DNA from: Candidatus Gottesmanbacteria bacterium GW2011_GWA2_43_14 | GTDB lineage: Bacteria > Patescibacteriota > Microgenomatia > 2-02-FULL-39-11 | DNA length: 64,000 nucleotides | NCBI GenBank assembly: GCA_000999095.1 | Contig: LCFP01000003.1 | Coordinates: forward strand, 93,437-157,436 | Reading direction: 5' to 3' | Part shown: positions 7,863 to 18,141 of the stretch, piece by piece | How positions within the stretch are numbered: the first letter of the stretch is position 1 | Layout: each line of letters starts with the position of its first letter | Made by a program: the position numbers and the translations under genes | Notes under the pieces: generated by a model | What the model was told of the DNA's origin: nothing | What the model saw: the letters and a program-made list of their open reading frames with translations, nothing else | The model's database searches: none

Positions 7863-8534
7863 TCATCCGGCAGATTGGCGGTAGAGCATGAAAAGCAGAA
7901 AGGAAAGGAGCAGGATAAATACAGTTACAAGGAGATATATGCGGTTGAGGCCCATTACCTTATCAGGTTCCTTTTTCGGTTTGTGTGTCTCATCTTCGCG
8001 TTCTCCGGTCATCGACTGTTCTTTGAGAAAATCAGTTTTGGCCAGCAGGAAGCCGACGGTCGGAGAGTCCAGATAGTTAATATTGATACCCGTAACAGAG
8101 GCAGGCACGACGGTCATAGTATGAAAACCGGCTTTGGTGAAATTTTCCGTGAATGACTTAAGGAAAGTGCTGTTGACGGCGGAAATCAGATAGCCTTTTT
8201 CCAATTTATAGATTTTATGGATATTACTTTCGAAAGGCAGGTGATAAAGAAATTCATCAACCATGGTTTGCTGGTTATCTGTTTTGTCTTCGGCCATATT
8301 TTTTTCCAGGGTAATTTGCTGGGACAGGATATAAATTATTCTGGCAGAAGGCAGTTTGTGGTAATTGATAAAAAGGTTTATCTGCATGGCCAATTCCTTG
8401 TCGTTGACAATCTCCGCATATCTGACCATATTTTCCGGGAATTGGTAGGTATATATCTGGTTATTTTCCGGACTGAAATAATCCAGTTTATTCCTGTCCA
8501 GAAGAATAATGGCGGTGTTTGGTTTAGCGGTCAT
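7863..8534 (-). CDS. Pilus-cluster protein with C-terminal TM helix (possibly GspL/PilM-like)
   Basis: Last gene of the pilB operon; soluble domain plus one C-terminal TM. Confidence 0.5.
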   Translation of the reverse strand: MTAKPNTAIILLDRNKLDYFSPENNQIYTYQFPENMVRYAEIVNDKELAMQINLFINYHKLPSARIIYILSQQITLEKNMAEDKTDNQQTMVDEFLYHLPFESNIHKIYKLEKGYLISAVNSTFLKSFTENFTKAGFHTMTVVPASVTGININYLDSPTVGFLLAKTDFLKEQSMTGEREDETHKPKKEPDKVMGLNRIYLLVTVFILLLSFLLFMLYRQSAG

Positions 8535-8915
8535 TTAAAATATTTCCTTCCATGACGAGAGAGTAACTATATTATTGTTTAAATTCAGATTTACCTCTAC
8601 CTTTTTATTCTTGCCGCCGAAATCAGCTTCAGAAGTGGCGGTTTTAACGGTTGAACCAAGAACTGAAATCCGGCAGCTTCCGCCGTTTATGTTTAATTCT
8701 TCCCCGGTATAGGCAGGATCGCGGATGAGGCGGATAACGGCGTTTTCCATACAGGAATCGGCAATGGATTTGGCTGAGTCGGAAGCTGCAATAAGAGTTG
8801 ACGAAGAAGAATCCAGGATAATCAGGGACACGGCGGCAGTAATGATGGTGACGGTTAACAGCATCAGAAACAGAAGAATAACCATGGCGAATCCCTGCGA
8901 ATTGGTTTTTTTCAT
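8535..8915 (-). CDS. Minor pilin, PilX/GspK-like
   Basis: GFAMVILL lacking Glu5; A..IADSCME.A..RL; ends WKEIF. Confidence 0.75.
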   Translation of the reverse strand: MKKTNSQGFAMVILLFLMLLTVTIITAAVSLIILDSSSSTLIAASDSAKSIADSCMENAVIRLIRDPAYTGEELNINGGSCRISVLGSTVKTATSEADFGGKNKKVEVNLNLNNNIVTLSSWKEIF

Positions 8916-9391
8916 CTTAAGCCTGCCGTGAAATGATAATTTCCGGTTCTCGTCCCGCCTGATTCCTCAATAAGGCTGCGTAATTCAAATTCTATGCTGA
9001 CTGCGTGTTTGCCACCCGGATTGCCGATTCTTTTGACGGTAAAACTGTTTAAGACGGTGCCGTAGCTGTTTAATTTGCCGGAGGCTGCGCCGCTGTCATA
9101 AATAAGATCGGATGCCGACAGCTGAAAGTTGCGGGTTTGACCGTTGACGTCAAGCTGTAATTGAGATTGGCTGTCTCCCGGATTTGGGGGACTTAAAATT
9201 TGATCAGCCTGAAAGATTTCATTTGTCATTTTCTGCATGATAAACATAGCGTCCTGGGAGCTTAAAGAAGCTGCAGATGATTCTTTTTGCACATCCAGTA
9301 CCGTGGCAATCAACTGTGTAATGAGCGTCAAAAAGGACAGCAGTAAAAAAGTGTAAAGGATAGTTTCAACTAATGTCGATCCGCGCTTCAT
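8912..9391 (-). CDS. Minor pilin, PilW/GspJ-like
   Basis: GSTLVETILY prepilin motif. Confidence 0.75.
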   Translation of the reverse strand: MKRGSTLVETILYTFLLLSFLTLITQLIATVLDVQKESSAASLSSQDAMFIMQKMTNEIFQADQILSPPNPGDSQSQLQLDVNGQTRNFQLSASDLIYDSGAASGKLNSYGTVLNSFTVKRIGNPGGKHAVSIEFELRSLIEESGGTRTGNYHFTAGLR

Positions 9392-11322
9392 AAAGAATAA
9401 TTTATGGAAACATCATATAAGACAGGGCTTAACAGGTTATCGGCCGAACTTAAATTCGCCCGGTAGCGGAAACATCTGCCGGGATTTATATAAGGTAGGT
9501 AGGTCACGCCAGGAATTGCGGCAGAAGCGTTAAAATAGGTATCTGTTTGTCCGTCGGGGCCGACAAAAGAATATTCGGCTTCCTGGCAATTATTGTTAAC
9601 AGCTTCCGCAGAGGCAACCTGGAGAGTAAGTACGGTTTGGGTGGGCCTGTCGAAAGTAAAGTCCAGGCGGTTAAAGGCAACAGTCCGGCCGGCATCAAAA
9701 GGAGCTGATTCAAAAGTCCCCGACGGGGAAAATTCCCCTCCCGGGCCTCCGGCGATGATTTTAAGTTCAGCTGAGGCATCTCCGGTAATGATATAAGAGT
9801 AATTGTCTCCGTCAGCCTCCGTGACTGAGGAAACGCCGTTGACTCCGCTGTCAATGTTAAATCCGCCGCATTTGGTCAGCGGAGGGTTAACTGATTCTCT
9901 GGAGATATTTACTACCTGGTATTCTTCACCCCCGCGGCCAACGAGGATTGCCCTGTTGCCGGGGACAACGGTAATGCCGGTGGGGTCCATGCCGCCAGCT
10001 TCATAAACAGCCGTAACCGGCCGCAAGCCTGTTTTTTCCTCGATATTGAGAACGAAAAATTCCGGAGCGGAAGCTGAGGCTTCGATTGCCAAGTAGGCTC
10101 GGCTGGCGGAACTGTTGATAAAAACATCTTTTCCGCCTGAAGCCGATAAATTCGTCCAGCCGACTACATTTAAAGTCCGGCCGTCCGGGCTGACTTCAAT
10201 AATCTGCATTTGAGTTGAAGCAGAATTAACAGCCACATAAGCGTAATTGCCCACAACAACAACCTTTTCACCGGTTCCCGCCAAAGAGACTGATCCAAGC
10301 TGGGGCCTTGACCCTATTTTCGAGCTTATATCAAAGGTATATAAAGTATCGGCAACTGTGGCAAATCCAATATTACCCGAAGTGTAAATACTTTCACCGT
10401 CAGAAATCCCGGGAGCATCAAAAAAACCAACCTCGGCGAATTTTCCGTAGGCATCCTGGTTTTCCAGATCAATGATGATTATTTCCTTGGCATTGGTATC
10501 GGTCGTTAAATAAGCATAACTTTCCTCGCCGAAAACACCATTGGTCTTGTAACCGTCAAATGTGCCATTGATGGTTCCGACAGGCGGCGCCGGAGAAGGC
10601 GGATTGCTGATGTCAACATGTGCGAAAGAAACTCCGGAGGCGTTGTTTCCGGTCCCTGAAACAACCTGTCCTTCGATGGCGGAAACCGCATTGGCAACTC
10701 CGTTTTTAGGCAGATCGACTGACTGGATGGTCAGATTGGGATTGCACCAGCCGGCAACACCCCCCGAGCCCAGCATGATTTCGCCTCCTAAATCAGCAGA
10801 AATGACCGCACCTGATATACTTCCCTGTTCAAAATCTACAACTGTTGTTTCCGTATATGACAGGTTATTTTGAAACCTGGCGAGGTAAAAGGTTTGCGAG
10901 ATATCCCCGGGATGGGGCAACACCCAGGAAACTTCGGCTGTTATTTTTTTCGTGGAAGGATCCGCCAAGCCTGCCGATTTTATGGCGCCGGAAGAGTCAC
11001 GGTAGGCATCTTCGATAGTCAGGCTTCTGGTAAAACCATTGATTGATTCACTGCCGGTAGCCAAAACAAAACTTGTGCCTGATACTTCAGGATGGTAAAG
11101 ACCGTTGGTTCCGATTTCCTGCCAGTCCCTTTCGCGGATTATTCTGACGGCTTCTTCCGCTTCCCTGACCAGGGTTTGGGCTTCCAACCGTTGGGAAAGT
11201 TGGCCCCTGCCTTCCCTTGAAGCAATTATTCCGCTGAAAATGGCCGGGAAAAGAAGAGTCATCAAAGCGACAGCGATTAGTAGTTCGATGATTGACTGGC
11301 CGCAATTTTTTCTATCAGTCAT
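9388..11322 (-). CDS. Large minor pilin (PilV-like N-terminus) fused to an LVIVD-like repeat/beta-propeller domain
   Basis: GQSIIELLIA prepilin motif; repeated V.GNYAYVA...MQIIEVS-type units. Confidence 0.75.
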   Translation of the reverse strand: MTDRKNCGQSIIELLIAVALMTLLFPAIFSGIIASREGRGQLSQRLEAQTLVREAEEAVRIIRERDWQEIGTNGLYHPEVSGTSFVLATGSESINGFTRSLTIEDAYRDSSGAIKSAGLADPSTKKITAEVSWVLPHPGDISQTFYLARFQNNLSYTETTVVDFEQGSISGAVISADLGGEIMLGSGGVAGWCNPNLTIQSVDLPKNGVANAVSAIEGQVVSGTGNNASGVSFAHVDISNPPSPAPPVGTINGTFDGYKTNGVFGEESYAYLTTDTNAKEIIIIDLENQDAYGKFAEVGFFDAPGISDGESIYTSGNIGFATVADTLYTFDISSKIGSRPQLGSVSLAGTGEKVVVVGNYAYVAVNSASTQMQIIEVSPDGRTLNVVGWTNLSASGGKDVFINSSASRAYLAIEASASAPEFFVLNIEEKTGLRPVTAVYEAGGMDPTGITVVPGNRAILVGRGGEEYQVVNISRESVNPPLTKCGGFNIDSGVNGVSSVTEADGDNYSYIITGDASAELKIIAGGPGGEFSPSGTFESAPFDAGRTVAFNRLDFTFDRPTQTVLTLQVASAEAVNNNCQEAEYSFVGPDGQTDTYFNASAAIPGVTYLPYINPGRCFRYRANLSSADNLLSPVLYDVSINYSL

Positions 11323-11323
11323 C

Positions 11324-11824
11324 TTAATTTACGGAAATAACCGTCCCCCAGGCGTTTAAAGTCAGCATCCTGCTGACGTTGGTAACACTGTTTAATAAAG
11401 AAACGGAATTTTGACCTGCATCATAAACCGCAGCTTCACCTGTTCCGGCTGAAAAAATCACTGATTGCTGGGGTAAATTAATATTATTAAAAATTAAATC
11501 ATCGTTCAGATTGATGACGTGATTTGAAGGATCGGAGGAGGAATAGGAAGTCCCGGCAAAGAGGGTGTAGGAATTTTCTGAAAAATATATCCCGTATTCG
11601 GAAGCTGTGCCGCCATTTGCCTGCCCGCTTAAAGCTTTGAGCTGTTGTTGCCTTAAATCAGCAGACAGGGTGGTAATTTGCGTATTAAGCGATGAGCGGG
11701 GACGGGCATTGGACAAATTTAAAGAGACAACCGCATATAAAAGGATAAGTATAGACATGACGATAGTCAGCTCAATGAGGGAAAAACCATTTTGTGCCGG
11801 CCTGATATCTTTCAATTTGCTCAT
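11324..11824 (-). CDS. Minor pilin, FimT/GspH-like
   Basis: GFSLIELTIV; LRQQQLKALS; YGIYF. Confidence 0.8.
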   Translation of the reverse strand: MSKLKDIRPAQNGFSLIELTIVMSILILLYAVVSLNLSNARPRSSLNTQITTLSADLRQQQLKALSGQANGGTASEYGIYFSENSYTLFAGTSYSSSDPSNHVINLNDDLIFNNINLPQQSVIFSAGTGEAAVYDAGQNSVSLLNSVTNVSRMLTLNAWGTVISVN

Positions 11825-12873
11825 CTGATACCTACCTGACCGATAAGTCCGTAAATGGGAGCAATAATTGCCATCATCATGCCGCCGACCAGGACTCCCA
11901 CCACTAATAGCATGACCGGTTCCAGAAGGGCGGTAAAGGTCCTTAAGGATTTGGAAACCTGATAATCCATATAATCGGATATTTCCTGCATTGATTTCTC
12001 CAAAGCCCCGCTTTTCTCCCCGACTTCCATGAGTTTGATCATAATCGAGGGAATTATGCCTTTGCCCAATTTAAATCCTTCGGACAGTTTTTTGCCTGCC
12101 GCCACCATTTCCCCTGAAGCCACGATGATTTTGTAGGTATCCCGGCTGATAACGACATCCTTGGTCAGATCAAGGGCAGAAATAATGGGCACACCGGCAT
12201 GGAGAAGCAGGGAAAAACTGCGGGAAAAACGCGTCAAGTCCATCTCTCTCACCAGGCCTGAGATTACCGGCAGGTGAATAAGAGGAGCGAGGATCAAATG
12301 GCGGTGATTGCGGAAGAGATAGGCAACAACTGCGGCGGAAACCCCCATAACCACGAATACCATGAGTGTATTTTTAACCAGCAAATCGGAGAGGGCAATC
12401 AAAATTTTCGTCGGCATCGGCAGTTCCATCCTCAGGCGGAGAAAGACCGAAGAAATTTTGGGAACGACCACGACCAGCATTAAAAGGAGCACACCCAAAA
12501 AAACCATGCCGATTAAAACGGGATAGATCATGGCTGATTTTACTTTATCGGAAAACTCCATCTCTTTTTGGATGTTGCTTTTCAAATCCTGGAGGGTGGT
12601 TTCGAGGGTACCCGCCTCTTCCGATGCTTTCAGCAGATTAACGGTTACGGCATCGAAAACCAGGGGAAATCTGGAGAAGGAGTTATACAGATGGTTGCCC
12701 TGGGAAACATCCTCTTTGACTATTTCCAGAAATTTTTTATGCTTGCCACGGGCATCCTCCAGAAGGGCGTCAATTGCTTCCAGCAGTGAGATGCCGGCTG
12801 AGAGCATGGTAGACAAATTCTGGATCAGTGAAATTTTTTCACCGCTGTTCAGGCTGATACCGGATGTTTTCAT
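11821..12873 (-). CDS. pilC: Type IV pilus platform protein PilC/GspF
   Basis: LSTMLSAGISLLEA, AMIYP, GEKSGAL, LLEP motifs. Confidence 0.95.
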   Translation of the reverse strand: MKTSGISLNSGEKISLIQNLSTMLSAGISLLEAIDALLEDARGKHKKFLEIVKEDVSQGNHLYNSFSRFPLVFDAVTVNLLKASEEAGTLETTLQDLKSNIQKEMEFSDKVKSAMIYPVLIGMVFLGVLLLMLVVVVPKISSVFLRLRMELPMPTKILIALSDLLVKNTLMVFVVMGVSAAVVAYLFRNHRHLILAPLIHLPVISGLVREMDLTRFSRSFSLLLHAGVPIISALDLTKDVVISRDTYKIIVASGEMVAAGKKLSEGFKLGKGIIPSIMIKLMEVGEKSGALEKSMQEISDYMDYQVSKSLRTFTALLEPVMLLVVGVLVGGMMMAIIAPIYGLIGQVGIR

Positions 12874-14558
12874 ATGGTTTCCACTTTGGTTACTCTCAAG
12901 ACTTCTTCGATGGTTGTTATGCCGCGGGCAACTTTGTTCAGGCCGTCGGCCAGCATGGTTTTCATACCTTCTTTAACCGCCTGCCGGTTGATAATGTCAG
13001 CATCGCAGCGCGTTGTAATCAGTTTGCGGATTTCAGATGAAATTTCCAGGATTTCGAAGATGCCGATGCGGCCTTCATAGCCGGTATTGTGGCATATTTT
13101 GCAGCCCTGACCCTGAAAAACAATGAAGCTTTTCTGGTCGGGGAAGGTATTTAAAATGATCTCAACAGGGATCCTTTGGGCCAAATCATTCATGGTCAAT
13201 GTAACCGGCATGCGGCACATATCGCAGATTTTCCGAACCAGTCGCTGGGCAATTATCAGATTAACGGTTGAGGCTACCAGAAATGGCTCTACTTTCATAT
13301 CAATCAGCCTGGGTATTGATGCGGACGCATCATTGGTATGAAGCGTGGAAAAAACCAGATGGCCTGTCAGGGCGGCGTTGACGGCGATGCCGGCAGTTTC
13401 ATTATCCCGGATTTCGCCGACAAAAATGACATTGGGATCCTGCCGGAGGATAGACCTTAAACCATTGGCGAATGTCAAATTGGTTTTGATATTGACCTGG
13501 ATCTGGTTTGCCCCGGCAATGCGGTATTCTACCGGGTCTTCAATGGTGGTGATGTTTCTTTCCCTGATGTTGATCTGTTTCAGGAGGGTATAAATAATGG
13601 TTGTTTTGCCTGAACCTGTCGGACCGGTTGAAAGTATCATGCCGTAAGATTTCCCCAGTGCTTTATTGATTTTTTTCAGCTCCGAATCATCCACCCCGAG
13701 ATTGGACAGGGAAAACTGTTTCTTTTTTGAGGAGAGCAGTCTTAAGACAACTTTCTCTCCGTCAGCTACCGGAATGATTGAAACTCTGATGTCCAGAACT
13801 TCATATGGTGTTGTCAGTCTCATTTTTCCGTCCTGGGCGCTTAAATGCTCATCCGTCCTCAGTTTGGAGAGGACTTTGATACGGGAGACAATGCGGACGT
13901 GCAAATTTTTCGGCAGTCTTAAAGCGTCATGCAAAAGTCCGTCGATGCGGAAGCGGATTAGCAGATTTTTTTCTTCCGGCTCGATGTGGATATCGGAAGC
14001 TTTATCCTGGTAAGCATAATCAACAATCAGGTCGACGATTTTTGAAACCGGAGCCTCATCCAAAATGGCCGTATTATTGATGTCGATTTCTTCATTTATC
14101 AGGTTTTCACAGGCTGTCTGCAGGTCTTTGCGTAATAATCTTAAAGCGTTGAGAATGTCCTTTTCCGTGGCAAAATAAGGGATGATATTCAGGCCGGTTT
14201 TTTTGGAAAGCATCTCAATCGTCAGTTTATCGGTCGGGTCATTCATGGCTATTTTGAGGCCATTGGCGTCCTTGCCGAAAGCGATGGATTTAAGTTTGCG
14301 CGCGACTTTTTCCGGTGTCACCAGGAATAGTTCTTCGGGGATGGCAGTCCGGGAAAGAATGACGAAAGGAAATCCCAGTGACTGGGCAATCATTTGGCCG
14401 ATGATTTCGTCAGAAGCGATGTTCTTGTCCAGGACGGCATCATAAAAACTGATATTAGAGCTTTTGGCCATCATGGCCAAATCTTCAAGATCGCTTTCCT
14501 TGGCCAGGGAATTCTGGATGAGGATATTTTTAATCCGTGAATCAGGTACGGCTAACAT
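12870..14558 (-). CDS. pilB: Type IV pilus assembly ATPase PilB/GspE
   Basis: ASDIHIEP, GPTGSGKTT, LRQDPNVIFVGEIRD, TGHLVFSTLHTN, tetracysteine motif. Confidence 0.95.
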   Translation of the reverse strand: MLAVPDSRIKNILIQNSLAKESDLEDLAMMAKSSNISFYDAVLDKNIASDEIIGQMIAQSLGFPFVILSRTAIPEELFLVTPEKVARKLKSIAFGKDANGLKIAMNDPTDKLTIEMLSKKTGLNIIPYFATEKDILNALRLLRKDLQTACENLINEEIDINNTAILDEAPVSKIVDLIVDYAYQDKASDIHIEPEEKNLLIRFRIDGLLHDALRLPKNLHVRIVSRIKVLSKLRTDEHLSAQDGKMRLTTPYEVLDIRVSIIPVADGEKVVLRLLSSKKKQFSLSNLGVDDSELKKINKALGKSYGMILSTGPTGSGKTTIIYTLLKQINIRERNITTIEDPVEYRIAGANQIQVNIKTNLTFANGLRSILRQDPNVIFVGEIRDNETAGIAVNAALTGHLVFSTLHTNDASASIPRLIDMKVEPFLVASTVNLIIAQRLVRKICDMCRMPVTLTMNDLAQRIPVEIILNTFPDQKSFIVFQGQGCKICHNTGYEGRIGIFEILEISSEIRKLITTRCDADIINRQAVKEGMKTMLADGLNKVARGITTIEEVLRVTKVETI

Positions 14559-14630
14559 AGCAATAGAAGGAGAGATTTTCTCCCTGATTTAACTATAGAA
14601 CATTCCGGCGGAATTGGGGAAGAGTCGGCT

Positions 14631-15056
14631 TTAATTGTAGGTTTTTATGCGGTAGTTTTTGACGGCTTGCCGGCCGTTTTTAAGCCGGGCGGTGATGGTT
14701 AATACGGCATTTTTGATGCCCGTGTGATAAGTACAGACGGAAGTTGAACAGGTGCCGAAAAGGAGTTCGCGGGTCTTAAACGGATCATTGGCAGCTGAAA
14801 TTGTGCCGCCGACACCTTCATTTTTGCCGCTTGCGGTATAGGTCAGGGAATATGAAGCCGAATCGATATTATTTATGTTGGTAAATTGCAGGAAAAGAGC
14901 GCGTTTATCTGACCGGTATTTGACGGAAGCAGGAATCAGCGCCGTACCGGTTGTTTTTCTTGAAGGGGCGCTTTTGGGGACGAATTTTTTCGCCGCAGAA
15001 ACGGATGAAGGCAAAATCAGGAAAATAATCGGAAAAATAAAGCCAATTATCTTCAT
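14631..15056 (-). CDS. Secreted hypothetical protein
   Basis: Signal peptide; FGTCSTSVCTY motif. Confidence 0.65.
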   Translation of the reverse strand: MKIIGFIFPIIFLILPSSVSAAKKFVPKSAPSRKTTGTALIPASVKYRSDKRALFLQFTNINNIDSASYSLTYTASGKNEGVGGTISAANDPFKTRELLFGTCSTSVCTYHTGIKNAVLTITARLKNGRQAVKNYRIKTYN

Positions 15057-15088
15057 GTATCCGACATTATAAGATATACTTGACTGAT

Positions 15089-15700
15089 ATGAAAACTAAA
15101 ATACCGCTTTACGTTCTGATCGGGTTAATTTTTCTGGTTATATCCGGCGGTACTTATGTTTCAGTCCGCGGCAGAATGACCAAACCGGAAAAACCGCCAA
15201 TTGCCGCTAACCCGATTCCCTCTCCGGTTGAGACTGCTGATTGGGAAGACCAGTCTGAATTTAAATTCAGTTATCCGAAGAACCTTAAATTAAACCCTCA
15301 TGATGAAGATACGGAAAACTATGCCAATCTGGAGTTAAGCAAAAGCAATCATCCGGGAAGTATTGTCTTATGGACAAAAGATACCCGGGCTTCCGACATT
15401 AAAGAATGGCTGATAAAAGAAAAAATAGCTAATGTCATCGAGACGGAACTGGACGGTTATCCGGCAGTCAAGGTTTTGAGCCAAGGAGAGAGCAAAAAAT
15501 TGACCGTCTCTGCCATCCGTTCAGGCTATCTATACCAGATCGAAGCAAATTTAACAGATGAAAAATATTGGCAGCCTGTTTTTGATTCTGTTCTAGCCTC
15601 GTACAAATTCCTGGACACTGAGAAAACGCAGATAGTCCCAAAGGATTCAGGAGGCGGACAAACAGAGATAATTTACGAAGCTGAAGAAGTAATTGAATAA
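15089..15700 (+). CDS. Membrane-anchored hypothetical protein (PsbP-like fold possible)
   Basis: N-terminal TM; FKFSYPK, LDGYPA, FDSVLASYKF pattern. Confidence 0.6.
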   Translation: MKTKIPLYVLIGLIFLVISGGTYVSVRGRMTKPEKPPIAANPIPSPVETADWEDQSEFKFSYPKNLKLNPHDEDTENYANLELSKSNHPGSIVLWTKDTRASDIKEWLIKEKIANVIETELDGYPAVKVLSQGESKKLTVSAIRSGYLYQIEANLTDEKYWQPVFDSVLASYKFLDTEKTQIVPKDSGGGQTEIIYEAEEVIE

Positions 15701-15703
15701 CTG

Positions 15704-16942
15704 ATGGAGCAATATTTTTTTATCCCCGGCCGTTATCCGGCTCTGACTTTAGCGGAAATTATATCCGCTTTTAAAGAAGAAGGCCTTTTATACGACCTGC
15801 TGCTTTTTTCAAAAGAAGCTGCCGTCTTTTCCGTCAACGGACTTTCCGATATAAAAACCTTCAGCGGCAAATTGGGTGGGGTTGTCAAATCCGGCCGGGT
15901 GCTGGATGAAATTCTTTTTTCAGACAACGAGGATAAATTCAATTATATTTTTACAGCCGCTTTTCTAAAAGAAAAAGGCGTCCTTCTAAATTCCGGGAAA
16001 ATCAAATTTGCCTTAAGTCTCTATCAGGCTGGTGCCGATGCCGAAATCTTCAGCCGACTGGAAAAAAAACTGACAGAATTGCATGTGCATCTTAAGGACA
16101 ACCTGAAGAGCGAAAATATTAAAGCCGGATTTATCAGGATTAAAAACCGCCAGACCCAAAGCGTTTCCCTGGTTAAAAACAGTGTCTTAAAAAGCGGCTT
16201 TGAATTAAGTCTGGTGGCATCCGCCCACAGCCTGTTTGTCGGACGAACAGAGTGGGTTCAGGATTTTGAAGGCTTTGCCAGGCGTGATTTTTACAAACCC
16301 GCTAAAGACAAGCGATCAGGCATCATGCCGGTAAAATTGGCCAGAATGATGTTGAATCTTTCAGGTAAAGGAGAGTCCTCAGCGGTTGCGGACCCGTTTG
16401 CCGGTTCTGGTACCATAATTTTGGAAGCTGCGATAATGGGTTTCAGCAAAATATACGGCAGCGATATAAGCAGTAAAGCTGTCGGGGATATCAGAACTAA
16501 TTTAAACTGGCTGACTGGTAAACAGGCAAACGTCAATCTGTTTGTTTCTGATGTTGCCCGCCTTTCCCAAAAGTTACAGGCGCAGTCGATCGATGCTTTT
16601 GTGACAGAACCTTACCTGGGTCCGCCTCTTCATAAATTTCCGACACCTGAAGGCATAAACCGCTTATTCCGCGATTTAACGCCTTTATACCGGGCGGCTT
16701 TCACAAATTTCCGGAAACTATTGAAAAAAGACGGCCGGGTGGTCATCATTTTCCCGGCTTTTATCCTGTCGGGAAGATTAAAGTTATTTGAATTGGGGCC
16801 GATTGCGGATGATTTTGAACCTGTCCATCTCCTTCGGGAATTAAAAATAGCGCATGCCGATATAACCGTCAGGGGAAGTTTTCTCTACCGGAGTATAAAC
16901 CAATTTTTAATCAGGGAAATTGCACTTTTTGCCCGGAAATAA
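15704..16942 (+). CDS. SAM-dependent RNA methyltransferase (Trm11/TrmG10-like)
   Basis: PVKLARMMLNL, DPFAGSGT, GSDIS, VTEPYLG. Confidence 0.8.
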   Translation: MEQYFFIPGRYPALTLAEIISAFKEEGLLYDLLLFSKEAAVFSVNGLSDIKTFSGKLGGVVKSGRVLDEILFSDNEDKFNYIFTAAFLKEKGVLLNSGKIKFALSLYQAGADAEIFSRLEKKLTELHVHLKDNLKSENIKAGFIRIKNRQTQSVSLVKNSVLKSGFELSLVASAHSLFVGRTEWVQDFEGFARRDFYKPAKDKRSGIMPVKLARMMLNLSGKGESSAVADPFAGSGTIILEAAIMGFSKIYGSDISSKAVGDIRTNLNWLTGKQANVNLFVSDVARLSQKLQAQSIDAFVTEPYLGPPLHKFPTPEGINRLFRDLTPLYRAAFTNFRKLLKKDGRVVIIFPAFILSGRLKLFELGPIADDFEPVHLLRELKIAHADITVRGSFLYRSINQFLIREIALFARK

Positions 16943-16974
16943 CAAACAGAAGGTAAAAGGACTATAATAGTTTA

Positions 16975-17088
16975 ATGCCGGACGGCTCACAGATGAAAAT
17001 AGTCTATCTCCTGGCGGCCTTTATCGGTTCTTTACTTTTATACCTTTTGTATCTTATACTTTTCACTCCCAACGGGATTTTGACATAA
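16975..17088 (+). CDS. Putative 37-aa single-TM small protein
   Basis: MPDGSQMKIVYLLAAFIGSLLLYLLYLILFTPNGILT; TATAAT just upstream; ends 3 nt before yqeY. Confidence 0.45.
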   Translation: MPDGSQMKIVYLLAAFIGSLLLYLLYLILFTPNGILT

Positions 17089-17091
17089 TTT

Positions 17092-17529
17092 ATGATGATT
17101 GTTGAGAAACTTCAAAAGGATATGACTCAGGCCTTAAAAAACGGCGACAAGCCGACCCTTTCAGTCCTGAGAATGATACTTTCCCAGATTAATTATGCCA
17201 GAATCGACAAGAAAGAAGATTTAAGCGATGACGAACTGATTCTTCTTTTAAGAAAAGAAATTAAAAAGCGGCAGGAATCAGTTGTGCTATATAAAAAGGG
17301 CCAGCGTGAGGAACTGGCCGAAAAGGAACTTCAGGAGATCGCCGTCATTAAAAAATATCTGCCTGAAGAAATTTCAGAAGAAGAGCTTATCAAAATTATT
17401 AATAAAATTGCGGATTCGGGCGGCGGAGATAATCCCGGCAAGCTGATCGGCATGGTTTTGGCCGAGGTTAAAGGCAAAGCAGACGGTTCCCGGGTTGCCG
17501 CCCTTGTTAAGGAAAGGATAAAAAAATGA
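17092..17529 (+). CDS. GatB/YqeY domain protein
   Basis: ALK.GDK..LSVLR, EIKKRQES, YLPE, KGKADG. Confidence 0.92.
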   Translation: MMIVEKLQKDMTQALKNGDKPTLSVLRMILSQINYARIDKKEDLSDDELILLLRKEIKKRQESVVLYKKGQREELAEKELQEIAVIKKYLPEEISEEELIKIINKIADSGGGDNPGKLIGMVLAEVKGKADGSRVAALVKERIKK

Positions 17530-18140
17530 TGCCCAGAAAAAGCGTTAAAAAAAAAGTTGATTTGAAAAAACTGCTGACCCCTAAAAATTATCTGGTTGCG
17601 GGTATTATTCTTTTGGTTGCGGCTTTTTGGTTCTTCCGCAATTATTTTATCGTAGCCACCATAAACGGACAGCCCATTTCGCGATTCGAGTTGAGCGGTC
17701 GTTTATACAGCCAGTTCGGGGATCAGATTCTCGAATCCTTAATCAATGAAAGACTGATAATGGGAGCCGCCCGCCAACAGGGTATTTTTGTCACGGCCGA
17801 AGAACTTGATGCCAGACAAAATGAAATAGAGGAGAAAATCCAGGAACAGATGTCGCTTGAGGAAGCCCTTAAGCTTCAGGGTTTGACACCGACAACATTC
17901 AGAAGACAATTGGAAATCCAGCTGTCAATCGAAAAAATGTTTGAAAAGGAGTCGACCGTTTCAGCTGAGGAAATTGACAATTATGTGACTGACAATGCCG
18001 CTCTTTTCCAGGAGTCTACCGATGCCGCCAAGATGAAGAAGGACGCAACAGAGATACTGAAGCAGCAGAAGCTTAATGAAAAATACCAAACCTGGTTTGA
18101 AAAAGTTAAACAGGAGGCCAAAGTAACCAAGAATATCTGA
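17526..18140 (+). CDS. SurA N-terminal/PrsA-like membrane-anchored chaperone
   Basis: TM then VATINGQPISR...LINERLI...A...GI.VT. Confidence 0.8.
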   Translation: MMPRKSVKKKVDLKKLLTPKNYLVAGIILLVAAFWFFRNYFIVATINGQPISRFELSGRLYSQFGDQILESLINERLIMGAARQQGIFVTAEELDARQNEIEEKIQEQMSLEEALKLQGLTPTTFRRQLEIQLSIEKMFEKESTVSAEEIDNYVTDNAALFQESTDAAKMKKDATEILKQQKLNEKYQTWFEKVKQEAKVTKNI

Positions 18141-18141
18141 C

